Part shown: positions 33,497 to 47,524 of the stretch, in pieces | How positions within the stretch are numbered: the stretch's first letter is position 1 | Layout of the letters: every line of letters begins with the position of its first letter | Origin: Novakomyces olei | Lineage: Eukaryota | DNA: 64,000 nt | NCBI GenBank assembly: GCA_016906335.1 | Contig: JADEYG010000009.1 | Coordinates: 806,001-870,000, forward strand | Reading direction: 5' to 3' | Program-made: the position numbers and the translations under genes | The notes under the pieces: model-generated | What the model was told of the DNA's origin: nothing | Seen by the model: the letters and a program-made list of their open reading frames with translations, nothing else | The model's database searches: none

Positions 33497-36400
33497 TCAC
33501 GCCTGTACATTCCCCACATCACGCAGCAACTGCCGCGCTAATCCCAAATGCCACGGAAGCAGTATGCACGAGTTTGTCGTTGCCGTCCACACACACTGAG
33601 CATAGACTGCCAGTTCGTGCAATTGCTCCATAGTTATCCGAACGAGATCGTCACCGGCATTACGGGGGTGCACGAATATAAGAGCCAGCAGCTTTGTAGA
33701 TTCGCATTTCGGTCTCCAACGGGGTGCGAGGAAGGCGCACCTTGTTGCGCCTCTCAATGCATCATCAGTCCCCGATTTGCCATCCGTTTCCCCACCGTTC
33801 TTACCAGCAGAGAATCCTCTTTCAGGACCGCTGGCCCTATTGTTTTGCACAAAATCTTGAGCGTGGCCTACACCAGTCCAGCACTCGTGCAGGGCATTTA
33901 CGATAACTGGCCGGTCTTCTTCTTCAGCGGCATTTGCTCCCGGAGTCGCTGTTGAGGCAGGCGACATTACAGACGGCCCAGCAGATGCTGATGAGGGTTT
34001 AGGAGTCGCTGTGACGTCACCGCTACCGGGTGTGCTCACATCCGCCTGCTGCTGCTCCCTTTCGCCAAGTGAAACGAGGCCAGATTGGCTTTGAAAGTGG
34101 GTGAATGCTGCTCTCGCAGGCACTGCACTGGTGCTCGGAGTCTGAGGCGCAGAGGCAGTACTGTCAGCGCTGATACTATGGTCAAGACTGGTCTTTATAC
34201 TGTTGGAAATGCCTTTGCTTTGAGACGACAGAGCCGGAATTGCTGGCTCTGTCGTCGATAGAGGATCATAGACACAATCCTGCACCAAAAGGCCGCTCTC
34301 AATTTCCAGCCAGGACGGACACAGTACCAGTTTGTGTCTAGTCGTGGCCACCATTACTGTCACGCTCTGGATCCAGGACCGCCTTTCACTGGCCGCTGCC
34401 GGGCCCTTGTTTGCGCTACTGCGTGTGTAGACTCGTGCCTCCATTCTGTGCAAGGCCTCTACAAAGCCTGCCGTCACTACTGCCTCGCCTGCTCCGTCAA
34501 TGACAATGTACACATTGGCTCTCGACGGACAGCTGTCCAGAGCAGAGATCTCGGCCAGAACACGGTAGATTGCCTCCACCACACTCTGCAAGTGGCCCGA
34601 GGGAGAAGGCGCAGTGCGGCAGCCCGAGACTTCAAAGTCTGAAGAAATCCAAGCGATCGAAAAGGCTCCAAGCTCAGGCGACAGGGCAACGGCAATGTGC
34701 AAGTTGAGACAGGAATAGACGGGCGCCTCCAGCTGCCCGGGACTGCTCGTATCACCCACGCTATCAACAACATTATCAGTATTGCTAATGTTACTAGTAT
34801 TGCTAATGTTACTAGTATTGCTAATGTTACTAGTATTGCTAATGTTACTAGTATTGCTAATGTTACTAGTATTGCTAATGTTACTAGTATTGCTAATGTT
34901 ACTAGTATTAGCATTATTATTAGTATTAGCATTATTATCGTTTGCATTATCAATGTTTTTGTTGGTCTTGTTTGTATTAAAATTCAGCCGGGAGGGAACA
35001 CGCTTCACGAATCGAAAAGGCGGGTCAATCAACCTGTGAGGCGCCCGATCGTGTTTGGGTAGCAGTCGTGAGTATATCGACAAAGCGTACTGAGACAGTT
35101 CGCACAGGGCAAAAGTGGCCACGCTGCTATTCTTGCTTTTCTGAACCCGAGAGCAAGTGTCCCATAAAACAAGCGGCAAAACCTCGAAATGAAACAGGAC
35201 TGTCGCTCCTGAACCTGCGCCTTTAAGTTGCGGAATCAGCGCTTTCATTAGCCGGCAAAGTGTTCGAGGCTCAAGCCGCTCAGGGACATAAATGACGACA
35301 ACACGGCCGCTATGGTAGTCGTTTAAAAGGCCGGCCAGTGTATCTGCCGTCTCTTTTGCCGCCAGACTCGTACACTCCACAAAGCCATGCTTGGCAGCAA
35401 GAATAGGCAGGCACTCGTGGCTGCCAAAGCCGCAGCTCGAATACTGGTAGCATAATTCACGGAAAACGTTTTCAAGGCCAGTGTTGGCAGTAGAAGCAGG
35501 ATCAGTCTCCGTCGAGCTGCTGCCTGCATCAACAGGACCATCTCCCGGGTCAGAGGTCAAAAGCGAAGACTTTTGCCGACACTTTTCCCACCCAATCTCA
35601 GACGCTTTCTTGCCTTGAACGGATTCCCTTTCCTTTTCGCTACAGAGCACAATGTAGTGGACATCAATGGATTTGCGCAGAGGCGAAATATTGAACATTG
35701 TCCAGAATCGCAGTACCGATGATCGGCAATCGAGAACATGCTGGTTCCGACGCACTTGTACTGCTGGAGCCGAAATTAGACTGAACAGGGGATTGCTGGA
35801 TTTAAGCAGTCGCGGCCGGAACCGCATCCGTGTCTCCTTTAGCGCACACAAGTCTGCAATGGCGCACCTCTGCACACTCATTTCTAACGTAGAATTTAAC
35901 AGTGTACAAATTGAATCAAGAATTTTACGCACTGCTACTGTTTGCATCGGGTCCGTCTGGTCGGAATACGTATCACAATCGTCCTCGTCTGAGTAGAAGC
36001 CTACAATATTACTCGCATGCGAGTACCAATCAAAGGAGGAGGCACCTCCGTAGCGCAGAGCATCGCTGTACTGTTCAATTGCAACCGCTGTCCGGTCGGA
36101 TTTAGGGTTATCTTCTTCAGCAGCCGGTCTGCCTTGCCAGCTGTTCTCAAGGGAATAACGCAATCCAAAGGTATTCAACAGCGATTCCATGAACCGCGGA
36201 ATAATATCGTCCGGCTCAAACTGGTTGACCCTGTCCCATTGTGTATAGCGACGCTTTTTGTGCGCCAACAAGTATGACTGACGCCTTCGTCTTTTGCCAA
36301 GAGTACTACCGCCACCATCCTTATCAGACCCATCGTCGTCAGATTCGTCATTTGATTCGTCGATTGCTTCATTATCAGACTCCACTTCGTCCTGTTCTTC

Positions 36401-38774
36401 ACCACTGTCGTGCGGGGAGTTTGGCATCTGCAAACGCACAGTCTCCGTGCTTTGCAACGGCTGAGCAAACTTTTTAGCATTAGAGTCGTGCTTTACATCT
36501 ACACTTAACCCTAACCCTAATAAATCAGACGTTTCTTGTTCAGGAGAGACGGCTCTTGTGCCAGCAGTTTCCCGTTTAACTTGCCAATTGCCTTGCCAAT
36601 TGCCTTGCCAATTACCTTGCCAATTGCCTTGCTCATGGCCTTGCTCATGGCCTTGCTCATGGCCCTGTTTGCCTTTTGGTATTTTCTCTACAATCTTATT
36701 CTCCTTCTCCTGACCTGCCCATTTCTGCTTCTCAGAATCGTCCAACTTATCCCTGTCCAGAATAGAATCATCGTGTATCGTTTCCTTTGCTGAAGCAGCA
36801 GCAACAAAGTAGGACCCTCCCCTCGAATATTTAGCGTCCATGTCGTAAGCCATGGGAATAGCCCGCCACTTTTCCGGTATCAGAGCGAGTCCTGTTTTCG
36901 TGACCCCATGCTTGCTGGAATCAGACTGCTCGTCCCCCAAAAGCGGCCTCCTTTCCTTCTGCAAAAGCGGATCTGCACTAGTGCCAATTTCATTTTCCAA
37001 ATTAGCAACATCTGCTGCGTCATCTAAGCGCTCTGAAACCGCCGGCGATGATCGTGGTGGGGTCCGGAACGGCGTTTGTTCCAGAGTAATTGATCGAGTT
37101 GTTGCCGCTTCGTTATCGGCATTTCCAACAGCCGAGTCTGGCTGTTGGACCTGTTCGGGTCCGGAAAGGGTTGGGGGATCATCGAAAAAAGAAAAATCGG
37201 CGTCTGTTACTTCGAAATCCTCATCTTCCTCCTCAACGGCAGCTGTCACTGACGGCGGAGCCTGTGAGGGTGAAGATTGCAGCACAGCCGAATGATCAAT
37301 ATGGCCATTCGCAAAAGACTGTGAGTCCTCCATCATCGGAACAGTTCCCGATGATCGTACGGTCCCCACGGATGTGGCTCCCGGAGTGGCCACGGCTCCG
37401 CCACTGGCAGAATCCGTACCGATCGGAAGCGTACCCGGTGTTCCATGCTCGGAGATTGTATGAGGACTCTGCCGAACGGCGACGGACCCGGTTCCCGATC
37501 CGATAGGGAGGATTGTAGGAGGTGTAGGGTAGATTGCACCGTTAGCAGCACCACCGCCCTCGCCTGATGGTAAAGGGTACTGCAGCAACAGCTCAAAGTC
37601 GTTGGCTGATTCAGCAACTGACAAGGACTGAGACTCGGCAGCGGAAAGAGCCGTAGCCTGGCTGCTATTATACTTGTTTTCTCCTTCTCTGACTGCGGCT
37701 CTTGTCCCTTCCTCCACTGCTACAGCCTCTCCTACAGTAACTGCCTCTTCCTCTGCCTCTGCCTCTGCCTCTGCCTCTGCCTCTGCCTTTGCCTTTGCCT
37801 TTGCCTTTGCCTCTGCCTCTGGTCCATTGGCCCTGTGCCCCAAAGTGGGCAGTAGTATTAGCTCAAGCGGCCATACAACACGTGTCCCGTCGTGTGTGTC
37901 AACGGCTGCTCCATCCGTCCCCGTCTCCAGCGCCAGTCGGGTCTTTAAAGCTCGCACAGTCAAAGGGTCCAAGTAACGCTGGCTCAAGTACCGTGCGGGC
38001 GCCATTGAAGGTGCCAGAACGACAGACGCGTTCCTGTAAAGGTCGCGTTTTGTGGCTGCTCGTAGTGGGACTTTGTCCACTACGCACATTAGCTTCAAGA
38101 CTCCGTCAGACAGCCAGCGAGGTACGATTCGGCACAGCACCGAGTGTGAGGGTCGTGGGCAATATTCGCTGCTCATACAGTCTCCTCGTCGACGGCTGCT
38201 GTACTCGTCAGACCGGCTCGGGAACAGGACACCGTCTCCAAACTGCAGTCCGTGCAGTTGCACACACAAATGCCTTACGAGGCATTTACGTAGCGCCTGG
38301 CAGAAATTCTGCAAGACCTGCTCCACGAGCCCGCTTTGGCCAGACACGCTACTCTCCATACACAGTGCGCCCCGAAACTGGACTGCCGGAGCCGGCAGCC
38401 GTCCAAAGTCCAGACTCGGCGATGGTCCATCGTGGTGGCCGCTTTTGCGAGTGACAAAATGCCATAAATGCCCGGGGGCGGTAGGGTGTTCTAGCGATGG
38501 GGGGGATAGTGCAGGAGCCAAGTGAACCAGCACATTCTCACCCAATTGCTTGGCTTCATAGTTGGCATACTGTGAGACCGCATCGCTGTCAGGGATTCGA
38601 TAAGCACAGTACACGATTTCTGTCGCTCCATCCTGCAATTAGCATAGGTACTTTTAGGGCTTTGTCGCACAGCTAAACGCGATTTATTGCTATTTTTTTT
38701 TGTTTTTTTTTGGATTTTTCTGGGCCACTTACGAACTCAATGACGTTCGTCTCTGTAGACGCATCGATATTCAT
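33497..38774 (-). CDS. MED13: Mediator kinase-module subunit Med13 (Ssn2/Srb9), divergent, 2 exons
   Basis: Exon MNIDASTETNVIEF (38733-38774), intron 38633-38732; VVLAPS, WPLEL, YPTPP, VTDADFSFFD, DAKY..GG.Y, LRFW..P, Y..CG.G.H, LPWH. Confidence 0.85.
34778..34903 (-). repeat. Coding 18-bp tandem repeat x7 (SNISNT) inside MED13
   Basis: Seven identical AGTATTGCTAATGTTACT units on the + strand. Confidence 0.97.
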
Positions 38775-38984
38775 TGGATCCTGTGTCGGCGGCTGATTGC
38801 CTCCTCGTGCAATTGGGAAACGACAAAACAGCAAAACTGTTAAATGCAAAATAATATAGAAATGTGTCTAATTGCGAAGCCGAATTGTTTAGGTGTCGCG
38901 AAACTGGTGCCGCCGTCTTGCAATGCACTCGACGTTAAACGATGGTAGACGACTCATTGCCATTTGGTGGTTTCATATTACTCT

Positions 38985-39136
38985 TAATAATACTCTTATA
39001 TACTATAATACTCTTATATACTATAATACTCTTATATACTATAATACTCTTATATACTATAATACTCTTATATACTATAATACTCTTATATACTATAACA
39101 ATCTTATAATACTATAATATTAATACTCTTATAATA
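38985..39136. repeat. 18-bp minisatellite (TATAATACTCTTATATAC) about x6 upstream of MED13
   Basis: Read directly. Confidence 0.95.
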
Positions 39137-39419
39137 CACAGACATAAACAATTCGTAGTTTTCATAATACTCTATATCACAAGATATAGCGCGGACCTAA
39201 CGAATATTCAGCGGCTTTTCCACCGCAAAACCAACTATTCACATTTGCCTATTCACATTTGCCTACTGTCCATTAGACCGGGCTGTTTGGTGGAATAACC
39301 TTATATTCTGTACGACCATCAAGCTACGTAAAGCAGTTCCGCTACAAGTACTCCAACAACAATAAACCAGCGCAATATAAATCAAATAAAACAAACATAA
39401 AACGCTGCCTGAATAAGAC

Positions 39420-40949
39420 TCAAAAAAGAATGTATAATATTGCCAACAAACTGGGCCCGATAATTATTCCTGTCCAAAAAAAGATATTCCCAAACAAACG
39501 CTGCTCTTTGAACAGCTTGCTGCGCGATATCGCAACAAGTGGCAATTGTGAAAGCTGCATGAAGAATAGGTACCCTCGCAGCTTACCCGTGATGCAGTAC
39601 ATGACGATTTCATGCATGACAGCTGACAAGAAAAAAGTAATAGCGGTCGACGAGTATTTACTCAAGTGCAACCCCGACCGACAAGGTAGGTACACATGCC
39701 TGAGCAAAAAATTATGAACCGGCCTATTCCAATCGCGAGAGAAATCTGACCAATCAATCGAGTTCCACCAGTCGCTGTAAAATCGACGGTCCGCAAAGAA
39801 ACTGAGCTCGGCAAATCCATTGAGAGTGACGTCAAAAATGAGGTAAAACGTGAGCAAGTAGAGAACCAAAAAGGGCGCAAAGAATCGATTTAGCAAGTGA
39901 AATACCAATTTTTGACGCGTTTCCAACGGTAAATTCTCCACATTATCCGGAATCCAGGGCATTATATAATGCTCAACAATCTGAGCCATTGTAAAAATGA
40001 TTCCCACTAGCGCCAGCACTTTATCACGAACATATTTAATACTGCGAGCCGGAGTTCTTGGGTACTCGAGCTCATAAATTAGAGTAGGGCAAATCAGATA
40101 ATCGACATAATTGGCCAAGGTCAGCATTTGCGGGTAACTGTTTTTCCCACTCTGGCTAGTACAAAATTTTTGCAATTTCTCCCGTTCCGCTATCGCTGCG
40201 GCCAACGTAATCTCAGAATCATGAGGCCATCCTTCCTTGATATGCCGACCCAGTACACTGAACCGTTTGTAATACTCGGACAAGAAGCCGACGTAACATC
40301 CGTACGAATGCTGTTTCATGAGCATTACACACGCGTGCAGCACGAGGTACGCTGTCTGCAACCAAGGAAAATTGAAATGCAGTACGAGGGCAATAGCAAA
40401 CGCAAAATGAAAAAGCTCCCAGCCCATTTGGATGGCCCAGCCGTAGCGAGCAAAAGAGACGCGTGTATGAAGGAAAAGCAGCTGTAGCGGATAAACTATA
40501 GCCGAGGAGGCCACTACAATCCCATCACAAAGAAACATCTCTGGCAGTCGACGCGACAGCAGTTCAAAGATGCCCGTAGTAATGACGAATCCAGTTTCGC
40601 TGTAAGTATCGGCCATAACACGAAGCATCCACAGAGTGATAAGAAGCCAAAATAAAACATAAAAGCCTTGAAAACGGTACTGATAAGCTGTTTCGTTATC
40701 ATCAAAGACAGACTTTGCTGCTCGCATGTCAATATCCCGGTACCTTAGCTTTTCACCAGTGCGGATCAAGTTGCGGATAGTTTCAACATCGGCTTTGGTT
40801 GTAGGACCGGCGCCGGTTAGCGCGGCTACTGCTTCCGAATCTGCATCTGACTCTCCCAAAGGATCAGCACTTTTTTCATGTCGTCTACGTCGCAGCCGAT
40901 CGTGCCGCGAGTCGCTTTTTTCAAGCGCAAAAAAGATTTCACTCAACAT
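39420..40949 (-). CDS. ARE2: Sterol O-acyltransferase (MBOAT); 5' end possibly extended by an upstream exon
   Basis: MKQHSY, PTLIYELEYPRT, FADRRFYSDWWNS, WNRPVHNFLLRHVY, SAVMHE; a CTGAC..CAG acceptor-like sequence precedes ATG 40949; ARE1 vs ARE2 not distinguishable. Confidence 0.88.
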   Translation of the reverse strand: MLSEIFFALEKSDSRHDRLRRRRHEKSADPLGESDADSEAVAALTGAGPTTKADVETIRNLIRTGEKLRYRDIDMRAAKSVFDDNETAYQYRFQGFYVLFWLLITLWMLRVMADTYSETGFVITTGIFELLSRRLPEMFLCDGIVVASSAIVYPLQLLFLHTRVSFARYGWAIQMGWELFHFAFAIALVLHFNFPWLQTAYLVLHACVMLMKQHSYGCYVGFLSEYYKRFSVLGRHIKEGWPHDSEITLAAAIAEREKLQKFCTSQSGKNSYPQMLTLANYVDYLICPTLIYELEYPRTPARSIKYVRDKVLALVGIIFTMAQIVEHYIMPWIPDNVENLPLETRQKLVFHLLNRFFAPFLVLYLLTFYLIFDVTLNGFAELSFFADRRFYSDWWNSIDWSDFSRDWNRPVHNFLLRHVYLPCRSGLHLSKYSSTAITFFLSAVMHEIVMYCITGKLRGYLFFMQLSQLPLVAISRSKLFKEQRLFGNIFFWTGIIIGPSLLAILYILF

Positions 40950-41678
40950 CTGGATAGAGTCAGATTCGAGAGCGGCTCATTTGAGAGGATTTCATGACCA
41001 AATGCTTTTATATGCTAATTCATGAAATGGTACTGATGATGATATAATACTCTTGATCATTTATCTCTATCATTTATCTCTTGATTATTTGTGCCTTATC
41101 GGCTCGGACCTTTTTACCGAACTCCGATCTTCCGAGCTGTCAAGTTGTTTCGCTATTCTTATATACTGCCTTGAGAACTATGTATTTTACTATGGCTTTT
41201 CCCTCTAAACGTATGTGAGAAGAATTCACTGATCTTTGTACTGCTTGCCACAAGTGGCAGAATTACTATAATATACAAAGTTTGGCTTTCACTTATCCGC
41301 AATAAACTAAAATCGAAGAGCTCACCTGTTTGCCGCTGCCGAGTATTGCTGCAACGCAAGACTCATGTGAGCTTTTGAGAATAACTATCGACTATCGCCA
41401 ATCTTCAAGATACTTAATAATTAGCAAAGAAATGACGGATTATTTATATAGTAAATATTGACAGGCAAAAAGGGCATAGTGACGTAATTATATAGTCCAA
41501 TGAGTCCGACAATAACAAATAGCACGTGACAAAACCGTTTGAATTATTTTCAATATACACAGGCTACTTGTTTCATCAGCAAATCTTTACTTATTCCTCT
41601 AATGCTCTTTTAAATGCAAAATATATCTTGCGAGGTGGATGATACTACCCCTTGGAGATCTGAATCCGTAATTTCAAA

Positions 41679-43522
41679 TTAAGCACCCCGCTTCTCGAAA
41701 GCGAATGCAGTATACAGCCCGGCAGCCTCCCATTCGTCGCCTTCAAGACCGCGATCGCCCGTCCGTGTCAGTACGCCAAGGCGATCAAGTAGATTTCCCC
41801 AAGTGTACGAGTCTCGTTCTTCTCTGAAAATGCGGTGGAATGGCATATGCCAGATCATTTCAAGTGAATAATCTTCAGCCAGTCTAATGGAAATTAGTAA
41901 AATTATTCGACTGCATATCAGGTATATAAGAATGCACTGTACATTCAATAACATCACTGCCAATAACAAAAAGAACGAAATAAAATGGATAGACAAATTG
42001 ATTAAAAATTCACGCAAACCGAATTGAACATAGTACATAAAGGATTACTCCAGACTTACGCTCGAAAAGCACCAAACGGCACAATGTACTCTGGAACGTT
42101 CTCCACTGCGTCCTCGAGGTAAAAATAATACTTGTGACCAAACGGTGGCCGCCATTCTGCCTTGGGCGGTTCATCAAACGTCAATCGATAATATTTGTTT
42201 CCAAAAGACCGTTCGCCCGGCGCTAGTTGCCTTATTTTATCTGATATAAAGTCGCTATTGGGGATAGTCCCGATAAACTTTTCGTTTCTTCCCAGGGAAT
42301 TTGCTACATTTTCAAGCATCTGCCTTGCCTTTGCTTCCGACTCAAAAGCATAATGAAGGCAAAATTGTGCAGATACCAAGTTGAACTTTCTGAGAGGTGG
42401 AGGCAATACGAGATTCAACGAAGATCCAAAACAATCACCCACAAAAAAGTGAGCCTTAAAAGGCTTTTTAGCCAACTTTTCATACCGTGCTTGTGCCTGC
42501 TCAACCGATACTTGAGCTGGATCGATACCGCAATAACCAGCAACTCGAGCTTCTCTCCATTTTAAAAGATCGCCTCCCTTACCACACCCCATATCTAGTA
42601 CTAATAGACCCGGCTCAGTGGCATATTTTTTAATCAAGATGCTCTTAATCCAGTTATTGAACTTTCGTAGTCGGATAATAGGAGACTCTTCGCGTTTGAT
42701 TCTCCCCACGTCTAATCGCTGATTGTAATAATCGACCACACGGTTCCCACTTGGACCACGATGAGCGTAATTTTTCTGGCGCTCTTCTTGCTGCTGCGCT
42801 AATTGTCTTCGTTCCCGAGCAGCTTCTTCAGCGGACTGCCGGTCGCTCCTGACTGGCCTTTTGAGTTTACGTGGCGTTTCACGTTTTTCAGGCTCCGGAG
42901 ACCGAGCGTGCTTGCCCAAAGCACTGCCTGCTTCACGATCCTCAATTTCTGCATTAGCCTCGTCTGAGCGGGATTCCGTTATATCGACCAACTCGTCTTT
43001 CCGCTTTGGCACTTTTTCTTGTTTTGCTTCGTCAGATACGATATTTGCAACCTTTTCTGGGCCATTGGAAATGTCTGCCTGCTCACCGCTGTCTTTGACA
43101 GGCTCAGCGCTATGTTCTACCTTTGCTCCAATTGGCGGACTGGCTTTCGCCGCAGTCGGCCATGCGTCCGCATCAGTCTTCGCTTCTTTACCAAAAGAGC
43201 CCCAGTCGTTCTTGGCAGAAGAGTCCCACTCGTTTCCTATACTAAGCTCAGCGGTTCCTGTACTATTCTTTGAGCCTTCAGTGTCTTGCTTTTCGCGCTC
43301 TGCGGCGTCGGAGCTAGGCCTGTCACCCTTTTTAGAACGCTTAAACTTTGGCAGAGTCGCTTGCGAGTATGGAATCGGTGACGCAGTCGTTCTAATAAGC
43401 TCTTGTTCGTCTTTTAGCAGCCGTTTCCCGTCTTTATGCTCCGCAGCCTCGGCAGCCTCTGACTCGCTTTGCAAGGGCGGCAGTTGAGCCGATTGGGCCT
43501 CGTCTGGCTTTTGCGACTCCAT
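41679..43522 (-). CDS. ABD1: mRNA cap guanine-N7 methyltransferase (2 exons)
   Basis: LRKFNNWIKS, VLDMGCGKGGDLLKW, QFCLHYAFESE, FIGTIP, VPEYIVPF; intron 41884-42059. Confidence 0.95.
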
Positions 43523-43841
43523 TACGCCTTTGCCTGACAGATATACCAATCGATAATCGGTCGAGATGATTATTGCCGTCGCACTAATATTACGATTAAA
43601 CGTGCATTGTAGTATCGACACGGGCCCCGTCTCTATACAAGAGTACCGTGCGTATATTGGGCTGAATTAAATTAAATATTTAATTTGTTTCATGTAGATT
43701 TGTTTAATATTTAATTTGTTTAGAGCGCCGTTTTACGCGCCTCTGACAGAGACTGAGTGGTACCGGCAGACTCTCCACACCACTCTGCCGCTGTTTTAAT
43801 AGCAAACCATTTTTGAACCAGTGCAAATCTAACGTGGCGCG

Positions 43842-44177
43842 ATGAAACGCGACGCCAGCGGCTTTGAGGCGCCCTTCCAGTCGCAGGCGACGGGGGAAAA
43901 ACGCGTGAAGCAAAAGCAACAGCTTTCGCTTTTTTATTTAAGAACGCATAGGCTTTTGCACAAACCGGCAGCTCAGCCACCATCGCTGCCTTTGCAGCAG
44001 ACGGCAGCGCGTTGCTCTGGCTGCGACGCGTTAGTAAACGCGTCCGCCGACTCAAACAACGACAGAGCAGCTGATTGCTCGTGCGCTGTCTGTGGAGAGT
44101 ACTGTTGTAATTTATGCTCAGTCTGGGTCTATAAGCCTAATTCTACACACAAAGTTTGCCTCGCCTGCCACCGGTAA
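43842..44177 (+). CDS. Small Cys-rich putative zinc-binding protein (Siva-like C-terminus)
   Basis: 111 aa; CxxC..CxCxxC...CCxxC..CxxCH; divergent from ABD1. Confidence 0.55.
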   Translation: MKRDASGFEAPFQSQATGEKRVKQKQQLSLFYLRTHRLLHKPAAQPPSLPLQQTAARCSGCDALVNASADSNNDRAADCSCAVCGEYCCNLCSVWVYKPNSTHKVCLACHR

Positions 44178-44525
44178 CGAGACGCGGGCTCACTTGTGCC
44201 GTACTTGAACTCGTCTTGTACAAAAATTATTGGATAATGCTGATCGGCGGTGTGGAGGTCCTTTAGTACAGGCTCCAGCACTCGTGTCTCGTCTCTCGGG
44301 AAAAACGGAGCTCGGCTGACCGGCTATAAGTGTATGAAGCATGTTTCATGCCTTTGTATTCCGATTCTGGGCTTGTTCCTAGTGAATATATTCTAGATTC
44401 GATACTGTAATATGCAACATTAAGCAAACAGCGTACAGGCAGGCTCACTGTTGCTCTACAACAAAATATGAATTTGGCCATATGTGGAAAACGAAATCAG
44501 TATGCAAAAACAACAAGAGTGCCAA

Positions 44526-47156
<2,631 letters not shown>

Positions 47157-47524
47157 TGACGTTTGCCGACCGCTTTTGCAGTCAGGAGAGTGTCTATGTT
47201 TACGTGTCAAGTCTTTGATTATAGGATAAGGTCGCGAATTATAATAGGCACCATTTGCTCACTATCAAACAAGTTATACTGGTATATTTGCTTATCTATA
47301 GATAGATAAATAGATAAATAAATAAACAAATAATTAATAAATTAATAAATTAATAAATTAATAAATTAATAAATTAATGCTATATACCATACGACTTTAG
47401 GCACTACAGCGGCAAAATCACTATGATATAGACTTGCTTTCCATACGTATGCAATTCTATTCAACTATACTCTTCGCTTTACATATACACCTTGCTTGAT
47501 TATTCTCTCAAAGAATGAATGCAA

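Noticed and set aside
34477..35062. Hydrophobic repeat ORFs (LAILVT, LLMLLV, SIANVT)
   Set aside because: Alternative readings of the 18-bp MED13 repeat
36506..36521. TTAACCCTAACCCTAA inside MED13 (similar at 5225 in HEM4)
   Set aside because: Explained by Leu-Gly codons in coding sequence
42861..43487. 208-aa antisense ORF (also 19593-20075, 36852-37295, 37789-38454)
   Set aside because: Shadows of real genes on the opposite strand
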